DNA of 41,293 nucleotides from an uncultured Candidatus Saccharibacteria bacterium (GTDB lineage Bacteria; Patescibacteriota; Minisyncoccia; Phycocordibacterales; DATDWN01): assembly GCA_964424295.1 (NCBI GenBank), contig CAYRHZ010000002.1:1-41293 (forward strand). The letters run 5' to 3'. The notes under the pieces were generated by a model, which was given only the letters and a program-made list of their open reading frames with translations, made no database searches and was not told the origin of the DNA. Shown here piece by piece: positions 33,104-41,293 of this stretch; the stretch's first letter is position 1, and each line of letters begins with the position of its first letter. Position numbers and translations under genes: made by a program.

Positions 33104-33676
33104 ATGAAACCAAGGATTAATAAAGAAAAAGGCTTTACTTTGATAGAGATAATGGTTTCGGTTTCTATTTTTGCTGTAATAATGTTAATTGCTAGCGGTT
33201 CCATATACAGTGTTTTTGATGCTAACAAAAAATCTCAATCTTTGCGTAGTGTTATGGATAATTTGAATTTTTCTCTTGAATCAATGACAAGGTCAATACG
33301 TTTTGGGAGTGCTTATCATTGTGACATAACTCAGGGGACACCACCTTTTCCACCCAGGGACTGTTCTACGGCTGCAAATTCTATTTCAGTGAGAGATTCA
33401 AATGGGAATGACGTTGCTTATAGGCTATCTAACGGAAGAATTGTTAGAACTATAAATCTTGGAGCTGACACTTACATAACTAGTTCGGATGTAACAATAG
33501 ATAACTTGCGGTTCTTTGTGTACGGCTCTGCACCTTATTCAAGTGGTTCAAATATAAACCAGCCGAGAGTTATAGTTCAAGTCATTGGTCATGCTGGGTC
33601 TGGGCCAAAAACTACAATTCAATCCGCTTTTACTTTGCAAACAATGATTTCTCAGAGGCTGTTTGATTCGCAATAA
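33104..33676 (+). CDS. minor pilin (PilW-like by position)
   Basis: EKGFTLIEIMVSVSIFAVIMLIASG prepilin signal. Confidence 0.85.
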   Translation: MKPRINKEKGFTLIEIMVSVSIFAVIMLIASGSIYSVFDANKKSQSLRSVMDNLNFSLESMTRSIRFGSAYHCDITQGTPPFPPRDCSTAANSISVRDSNGNDVAYRLSNGRIVRTINLGADTYITSSDVTIDNLRFFVYGSAPYSSGSNINQPRVIVQVIGHAGSGPKTTIQSAFTLQTMISQRLFDSQ

Positions 33677-33680
33677 AACC

Positions 33681-34211
33681 ATGAAAATTTTAAATAAAAA
33701 AAATGGATTTACTATCGTAGAGACACTTGTGGCAATAGGTATTTTGTCAGTTTCTATTTTAGCTGGATTTACGGCTGTGCAAAATGGTTTGAAATCATCT
33801 AATACCGCAAAAAACCAAATAACAGCTTTCTACTTGGTTCAGGAAGGTATGGAATTTATAAAGAATAAAAGAGATGATAACGCCTTAGATTTTATAAACG
33901 GAGGTCCTAGCACTTGGCTTACTGGTTTAGGTACTTGTACTGGTAGCGGAACATGTCAGGTGGATCCTCCACAGGGAACAGTAAGTGCGTGTACGGGGGG
34001 TCCCGCTACTTGTAACGTTCTTGTGCTCACTTCCGCTACGGGACTTTATGGTTACGGAGCAGGTACACAAACAAGTTTTAGGAGGGGTATACAAATCAGA
34101 CCGGGGACTTTGGCAGATGAAGTTTTTGTAACAATTACAATAAGCTGGTTGCAAGGAAATACAACAAAATCTTTTCAAGTTACACAATCAGTATTTAATA
34201 GACTTCAATAA
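33681..34211 (+). CDS. minor pilin (PilV-like by position)
   Basis: ATG 33681 gives MKILNKKNGFTIVETLVAIGILSVS. The tracked ORF starts at 33663, overlapping the upstream gene. Confidence 0.82.
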   Translation: MKILNKKNGFTIVETLVAIGILSVSILAGFTAVQNGLKSSNTAKNQITAFYLVQEGMEFIKNKRDDNALDFINGGPSTWLTGLGTCTGSGTCQVDPPQGTVSACTGGPATCNVLVLTSATGLYGYGAGTQTSFRRGIQIRPGTLADEVFVTITISWLQGNTTKSFQVTQSVFNRLQ

Positions 34212-34212
34212 T

Positions 34213-34668
34213 ATGAAAAATCAAAAAGGATTTACATTGCTAGTATCAATAGTTGTTACATCTATGATTTTGGTGGCTTCTTTTGCTGTAGTAAATGTTG
34301 CTGTAAAGCAATTAATACTAGCTAACTCAAATGAGAATTCTCAGTTTGCGTTTTATAACGCTGATAGTGGAGTCGAGTGTGCTGTATACTGGGATTTTTT
34401 TGGAGGATCGAGTTCCTTTACAAACCCATCTGTAACTAGAAATATTACATGCGGTTCAGGCGGTTCTGTGAGCGCTGTGGGTAATGGTACCGCTACAACA
34501 ACTTTTACAGTTATTTTGCCTACAGGCTGTGCAAATGTTTCTGTCGGTAAACACAGCATTGCAGGTGGGGTTTTAACTATTGTTGATTCTAGGGGCTATA
34601 ACACTTGTGCCGCTGGAGCATTTAGGAGGCTCGAAAGAGCGGAGAAACTTTCTTACACTACTATCTAA
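34213..34668 (+). CDS. minor pilin-like protein without Glu5 (PilX-like)
   Basis: QKGFTLLVSIVVTSMILVASFAV. The fifth residue after the Gly is Val, not Glu. Confidence 0.8.
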   Translation: MKNQKGFTLLVSIVVTSMILVASFAVVNVAVKQLILANSNENSQFAFYNADSGVECAVYWDFFGGSSSFTNPSVTRNITCGSGGSVSAVGNGTATTTFTVILPTGCANVSVGKHSIAGGVLTIVDSRGYNTCAAGAFRRLERAEKLSYTTI

Positions 34669-34724
34669 TTTAGTGTCTTTAGTGAGTGTGTTATTTTCTT
34701 GTTATTTTGCTAGTATAAAAATGA

Positions 34725-36740
<2,016 letters not shown>

Positions 36741-36775
36741 TTCTATCGCTAATATGCTATTATCCTTAAACATAT

Positions 36776-37057
36776 ATGGTAAATAAGGAAGAAATCAAAA
36801 ACCTAGCTAGTTTGGCTAGAATGGGGCTTGGGGATGAAGAAGCCGAAAGTCTAACAAAGGAGTTGGATTCTATTTTGGATTATGTGGGCCAAATAAAAGA
36901 GTCAAAAACTGATGATATTTCTGTTGTTCCTGTACTTAGAAACGTAATGAGAGATGATATTCCTAAAAATGCTGATAGAGAATACACAGAAGATATTTTA
37001 AATAACGCTCCAGCAAGGGAGGGGAATTTTCTAAAGGTTAAAAAAATACTAGGATAA
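36776..37057 (+). CDS. gatC: Asp/Glu-tRNA amidotransferase subunit C
   Basis: 93 aa, IKNLASLARMGLGDEEAESLTKELDSILDYV. Directly upstream of gatA. Confidence 0.9.
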   Translation: MVNKEEIKNLASLARMGLGDEEAESLTKELDSILDYVGQIKESKTDDISVVPVLRNVMRDDIPKNADREYTEDILNNAPAREGNFLKVKKILG

Positions 37058-37061
37058 AATC

Positions 37062-38486
37062 ATGATTGATTTAAAACAACTTACAATAAAGGATGCTAGA
37101 GAGCATTTAGATAAAAAAGATTTTACTGCAAAAGAGCTGGCTCAAGCTTATCTTTTAAATATTTCAAAAGTAAATCCAGAAATAAACGCTTTTCTCGAGG
37201 TTTATGATGATGTATTAAAACAAGCGGAAGAGGCTGATGAGAGAATTGCAAAAGGAGAAAGTTTGCCTCTACTGGGAATACCGCTAGGCATAAAGGATAA
37301 TATTTTGATTAAAGGTAAAAAAGCTACTTCAGGTTCAAAAATTCTAGAAGGCTTTGTTTCTCCATATGACGCAACTGTTATTACTAAATTAAAAAATGCC
37401 GGTGCGGTTTTTCTGGGCAGAGTAAATATGGATGAGTTTGCGATGGGAGGCTCAACAGAGAATTCTGCTTTTGGAGTAACTAGAAATCCAGTAGATCAGT
37501 CTAGGGTTCCTGGAGGTTCTTCTGGGGGTTCTGTGGCCTCGGTCGCTATGGATGGAGCTCTTGCATCACTGGGATCTGATACGGGAGGATCTGTGCGTGA
37601 ACCAGCATCTTTTTGTGGAGTTGTCGGGCTGAAGCCTACTTACGGTGGGGTTTCTAGATATGGACTCATGGCACTAGGTTCTTCTCTTGATGTTATTGGT
37701 CCAATAACTAAAACAGCAACTGATTCCGAGATTCTTTTTAATGTAATAAAAGGTAGTGATCCCATGGATAGTACAAGTATCAGTCCGGATACTTATAAAA
37801 AAGCAAATACAAATCCAAAAACTATTGGAGTGCCTTATCATATTTTAGAAAAAGGTGGAATGAGCAAGGAGGCTAGGGAAGTTTTTGATAATGCTGTAGA
37901 AAAGTTAAAGGCTCTAGGTTATGAAATAAAAGATATCAAACTTCCAAACATAGAGTATTCTTTGGCTGTTTATTACATCATAATGCCAGCAGAGGCTTCT
38001 TCTAATCTGGCTCGTTTCGATGGTGTGAAGTACGGGCTGCATATTGAGGGGGATAATCTTTTGCAAGACTATTTAAAAAGTAGAGGAACTGGTTTTGGTA
38101 AAGAGGTGAGAAGAAGAATTCTAATAGGAACTTATGTTTTGTCTGCCGGTTATCATGATGCTTATTACAATAAAGCAATTAAGCTTAGAGAAAAAATTTC
38201 AAAAGATTTTAGCACAGCTTTTGAACATGTGGATGCAATACTTACGCCAACAACTACTGGTCCAGCTTTCAAGATAGGTGAAAAAGCAAATGACCCACTA
38301 TCCCTTTACTTAGAAGATGTTTTTACCGTACCGGCAAACATTGTAGGAATTCCAGCTATTTCAATTCCTTCTGGCACAGTTTCTGTAGAAGGTAAAAATT
38401 TACCTCTTGGTTTACAAATAATGGCACCCCATAACTCTGAGGATGTATTATTTTCAATTTCAAAAAAGTTTTTAGGTGAAAACTAG
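37062..38486 (+). CDS. gatA: Asp/Glu-tRNA amidotransferase subunit A
   Basis: Amidase signature GGSSGGSVASVA...GSDTGGSVREPASFCG. Confidence 0.95.
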   Translation: MIDLKQLTIKDAREHLDKKDFTAKELAQAYLLNISKVNPEINAFLEVYDDVLKQAEEADERIAKGESLPLLGIPLGIKDNILIKGKKATSGSKILEGFVSPYDATVITKLKNAGAVFLGRVNMDEFAMGGSTENSAFGVTRNPVDQSRVPGGSSGGSVASVAMDGALASLGSDTGGSVREPASFCGVVGLKPTYGGVSRYGLMALGSSLDVIGPITKTATDSEILFNVIKGSDPMDSTSISPDTYKKANTNPKTIGVPYHILEKGGMSKEAREVFDNAVEKLKALGYEIKDIKLPNIEYSLAVYYIIMPAEASSNLARFDGVKYGLHIEGDNLLQDYLKSRGTGFGKEVRRRILIGTYVLSAGYHDAYYNKAIKLREKISKDFSTAFEHVDAILTPTTTGPAFKIGEKANDPLSLYLEDVFTVPANIVGIPAISIPSGTVSVEGKNLPLGLQIMAPHNSEDVLFSISKKFLGEN

Positions 38487-38518
38487 ATACTGTTTCTCTG
38501 CTGCTGTATAATGTTTGT

Positions 38519-39949
38519 ATGGCAGATGAAAAAAAACCAGCTGGTGACAAGCCAGCTCCTCCAAAGCCTGATCCTTTTGTCGATATAGTTTGGACAATGG
38601 TGACCATTTTTTTAGTACTCTATGCATTTAATGCTGTGCTGGCTTTTTTTACTGGGGGAAATGGAAACTTGGCCTCAAAAGGATGGAGGAATTTTACTCC
38701 AAGAAACATTATTCTTTCTGAAACTCAGCCCATTTCATCCCTAGAGAATCCATTAGGGGCAAAGTTTGTAGTTACGAGTTATAGTGCGGATATTTTCGGT
38801 GCTCCAGGGGGAACTAAAATTGGAGAAAAGCGTTTGGGAGATAAGGGCACTATTGTAGGCGGGCCTATTACAGAAGATGGACAAAAGTATTGGAAAGTAA
38901 AATTTGAAGACGGTACTACTGGTTGGATATCGGAAAAAGATATCGGAGCTTTGCCCCAGAAAATTACTCCAATGTCAGAGGTGGAAACATTGATTGGAAC
39001 TCCAGTTGAAACTATGGGGTCTACACCAGTTTATTCAGAGCCCGGCGGAAAACAAATTGCAATTGAACCTGCTGGAAGCGGTGGAACTATATTGGAAGGT
39101 CCAATAATTAAAAATGGTGTTAAATATTGGCACGTAATATTTGACGATGGTGTGGATGGGTGGGTTAGGGAGGGGGATCTTTATAGTTTGCGAGACGGAA
39201 AAAAACCGTTGAGCACGATGGATACATTAATTGGAGGGGACGTGGTTTCTTCTAAAGATGGTGTGGAAATATTTGATACCCCTGGGGGGAGAGTTGTAGG
39301 TACTGTTGATAAGGGCCAGTCAGGAGAAATAATAGAGGGACCTTTAGTACGAAATGGAGTTAAATATTGGCATGTCAGGTTTGATAATGGGCAAGAAGGT
39401 TGGGTGTCTGAAAATGATTTAAATTATGTTGAAGAAGGGGAGCTCAGCCCACTAGCTAGGATAGTAATTTTTATTTGGAAATTATTGAAGTATCTTAAAT
39501 ATTTATTGATCTTCCTTTCTATTGTACTTGTTGGTTTTATTTATCATTTATTTAAAAGCTTGAGCAAGCTTAGGATTCAGGAAAAGAGTTTGCTGTACCC
39601 ACAGTTTTCTGAAGATAGTAAAAAAGCAGTTGTTAAAAATTCACAATGGGAAAAAGTTGTAAGCCATGTAAATTCAGAAAATCAGAATGACTGGAGACAA
39701 GGTATTATGGAGGCAGATATTATGTTGGATGACCTATTGGGAGAGCTAGGTTTAGTGGGGGATAATATGGGAGAAAAACTAAAATCTGTAAATAGGGGAG
39801 ACTTTAAAACTATAGACAATGCTTGGGAGGCACATAAAGTAAGAAACAATATCGCTCATGAAGGATTGAGTTTTGGTTTGACCCACAGAGAAGCTAAAAG
39901 AGTCATAAGTTTATACAAGTCAGTATTTGATGAGTTTAAACTAATCTAA
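38519..39949 (+). CDS. two-TM membrane protein with three SH3b-like repeats and a C-terminal HEPN-like helical domain
   Basis: TM1 VTIFLVLYAFNAVLAFFTG. Three repeats of G..G.I.EGP...NG.KYWHV.FD.G..GW. TM2 LLIFLSIVLVGFIYHLF. C-terminal IMEADIMLDDLLGELG...AWEAHKVRNNIAHEG contains an R-x4-H motif. Confidence 0.85.
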   Translation: MADEKKPAGDKPAPPKPDPFVDIVWTMVTIFLVLYAFNAVLAFFTGGNGNLASKGWRNFTPRNIILSETQPISSLENPLGAKFVVTSYSADIFGAPGGTKIGEKRLGDKGTIVGGPITEDGQKYWKVKFEDGTTGWISEKDIGALPQKITPMSEVETLIGTPVETMGSTPVYSEPGGKQIAIEPAGSGGTILEGPIIKNGVKYWHVIFDDGVDGWVREGDLYSLRDGKKPLSTMDTLIGGDVVSSKDGVEIFDTPGGRVVGTVDKGQSGEIIEGPLVRNGVKYWHVRFDNGQEGWVSENDLNYVEEGELSPLARIVIFIWKLLKYLKYLLIFLSIVLVGFIYHLFKSLSKLRIQEKSLLYPQFSEDSKKAVVKNSQWEKVVSHVNSENQNDWRQGIMEADIMLDDLLGELGLVGDNMGEKLKSVNRGDFKTIDNAWEAHKVRNNIAHEGLSFGLTHREAKRVISLYKSVFDEFKLI

Positions 39950-39955
39950 AATAAT

Positions 39956-40381
39956 ATGTCACACGAGGGATATAAAAATGAAACAATAAAAAGCCCCGAA
40001 GAGTTAGAGGCTGACAGACTAACGTCATGTATATACGGTCTTGATTACTATGTATCTGAAAGAAAACTACCTTGTTTAACAGAAGTCGCAGAGATTGATA
40101 GTGGGGTGGGCACTTTAGAAACAAAGAAAATTGAAAATGCTATTACGAACGAAGAATACCTTGCGGGTCTAAGGGAAATTTTAGAAAGAGTTAGGGGTAT
40201 AGCCATTTCATCAGGTGTGCCAGAAGGAGATGTGACTGACGAGGCTCTTATGGGTTATTTCAGTATGAAAGAAATTGAGAGTTCTTTATTTGAAGAGAGA
40301 AGAGCTAGAGATAGAAACGCCGGACTTAGCCCAGAGCATTCTCTATTAAAGGAGATTTTTAGAGATGATAAGGAGAATTAG
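39956..40381 (+). CDS. hypothetical acidic protein (141 aa)
   Basis: Starts 7 nt after the upstream stop. No recognisable motif. Confidence 0.65.
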   Translation: MSHEGYKNETIKSPEELEADRLTSCIYGLDYYVSERKLPCLTEVAEIDSGVGTLETKKIENAITNEEYLAGLREILERVRGIAISSGVPEGDVTDEALMGYFSMKEIESSLFEERRARDRNAGLSPEHSLLKEIFRDDKEN

Positions 40382-40388
40382 GTAAATT

Positions 40389-40412
40389 AAAAACACCCGA
40401 AAGGGTGTTTTT
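40389..40412 (+). terminator. rho-independent terminator
   Basis: aaaa-acaccc-gaaa-gggtgt-tttt. Confidence 0.8.
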
Positions 40413-40421
40413 AATTTGCGC

Positions 40422-40443
40422 GGGTTAGGGGAGAGGGTTAGGG
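40422..40443 (+). other. canonical G-quadruplex-forming motif with two TTAGGG units
   Basis: GGGttaGGGGagaGGGttaGGG: four G-tracts of at least 3 with 3-nt loops, in a convergent intergenic gap. Confidence 0.5.
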
Positions 40444-40449
40444 CTGCGT

Positions 40450-41004
40450 TTATTGATTGTATCCATAGGCATTTTTAACATATTGCCAACTTAGCCAAAC
40501 TTTGGAATTAGCTTTTTGAAAACTAAGTATTGCCTGTCTGTCATCATAACCAAGATGTGCTGGTGAAATATAATAAAGATTATCATCTTTATCTTTTAAG
40601 ATAAAACTATAGAATGGTCCTGTTCCCGAATCCACCGAGGCAATTCCGTGTTTTGTACCAGCAACAATTTTTTCAAGAGTAAATTCTCTGGGTGCTTTTA
40701 GTTCGTCTACTGTTCTGCCGCCATAGTCTAGGACATACATTTTTTCTGACTCATTCATCAATCTACTCGGATATATTTCTTGAGCTACATCGTATAAAAT
40801 TTTTGTGCAATTAGAATTTGCATAATCAGGGTGATGTCCAACAACTACAAAAGAATCTTTTTCAAGTGTCAGAACAGCATCTTTTAAATCCGGGGGTATG
40901 CTTACAGTTTTTTCTGAAAAAACGCAAGTTGGAAAAAACTCTTGGTTAAGTCGGTTATAGAAAACTCCAGCTACTACAATAATGACAATTATAAGTACTT
41001 TCAT
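40450..41004 (-). CDS. hypothetical exported/membrane-anchored protein (184 aa)
   Basis: N-terminal hydrophobic MKVLIIVIIVVAGVFY. No recognisable motif. Confidence 0.7.
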   Translation of the reverse strand: MKVLIIVIIVVAGVFYNRLNQEFFPTCVFSEKTVSIPPDLKDAVLTLEKDSFVVVGHHPDYANSNCTKILYDVAQEIYPSRLMNESEKMYVLDYGGRTVDELKAPREFTLEKIVAGTKHGIASVDSGTGPFYSFILKDKDDNLYYISPAHLGYDDRQAILSFQKANSKVWLSWQYVKNAYGYNQ

Positions 41005-41060
41005 TTAACTAAATTGTATCAAATTGAAACCAAAAATTCATATTATTTGGCCGGAATCTC

Positions 41061-41165
41061 GAACCTTACAGGTTCAGTACCCCTTGTCGATTTTTTCATT
41101 CATTTCATTCTGAAAAAATCAGGCAAGGGCTTCGAGCCCGGACGAAATGTCTACCCAGACATTTC
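41061..41165. repeat. hairpin-rich non-coding element, copy 2
   Basis: gaacc-ttaca-ggttc (41061-41075), cattctga, and cgaaatgtct-accc-agacatttctc (41144-41165) parallel 30011-30088. Confidence 0.7.
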
Positions 41166-41180
41166 TCCGTGTCGGCAAGC

Positions 41181-41205
41181 AAAAACCACCCAAGGGTGGC
41201 TTTTG
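41181..41205 (-). terminator. terminator hairpin downstream of tRNA-Asp
   Basis: ccaccc-aa-gggtgg (41186-41199). A T-run follows it on the minus strand. Confidence 0.65.
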
Positions 41206-41208
41206 TTG

Positions 41209-41282
41209 CGCGACCGGCCGGACTCGAACCGGTAACCTCTCCCGTGACAGGGGAGTGCTCTAACCAGTTGAGCTACGATCGC
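41209..41282 (-). tRNA. tRNA-Asp (anticodon GUC)
   Basis: Reverse complement: gcgatcg-ta-gctc-aactggtta-gagc-a-ctccc-ctGTCac-gggag-aggtt-accgg-ttcgagt-ccggc... Clean cloverleaf, 74 nt, CCA not encoded. Confidence 0.9.
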
Positions 41283-41293
41283 ATCTGGTTAAC

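Noticed and set aside
36776-38486. gatC-gatA without an adjacent gatB, as a possible anomaly.
   Set aside because: gatB is frequently encoded elsewhere in bacterial genomes, so absence from this window is not informative.

Overview
AT-rich bacterial segment (about one third G+C by hand counts of sample lines) with hallmarks of a Patescibacteria/CPR-type genome; that placement is an inference.

Gene content in order:
- Ribosomal-protein cluster rpsC to rplO, with no rpmD/L30, then secY, adk and map.
- ndk, then a compact minus-strand pseudopilus module and a malic enzyme.
- A 1235-aa secreted multidomain protein, two class-II tRNAs, and comFC.
- A complete type IV pilus locus: pilM, pilN-like, pilO-like, pilB, receiver, pilT, pilC, two pilins, pilD, four minor pilins.
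- ligA, gatCA, a triple-SH3b membrane protein, and tRNA-Asp.

The native start codons I inspected have no Shine-Dalgarno (SD) sequence.

Four things do not fit:
1. Three small, GC-rich, SD-bearing promoter-to-terminator cassettes sit in native intergenic sites. Two split the ribosomal cluster (rplE|rpsZ at about 2820-3538; secY|adk at about 7715-8218). The third is frameshifted and lies beside tRNA-Ser (20841-21366).
2. A Ser-type class-II tRNA with an ACU anticodon is nested between partial copies of its own 5' and 3' ends, separated by about 100-nt fillers.
3. Two families of conserved, hairpin-rich non-coding sequence recur in the unusually long gaps of the pilus locus and next to tRNA-Asp.
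4. A membrane protein carries three SH3b repeats and a C-terminal helical domain with an RNxxAH (HEPN-like) motif, followed by a tightly linked acidic ORF.

I saw no integrase, transposase, CRISPR array, rRNA or recognisable defence gene. Everything here comes from reading the sequence and the ORF track; no database search or folding program was run.
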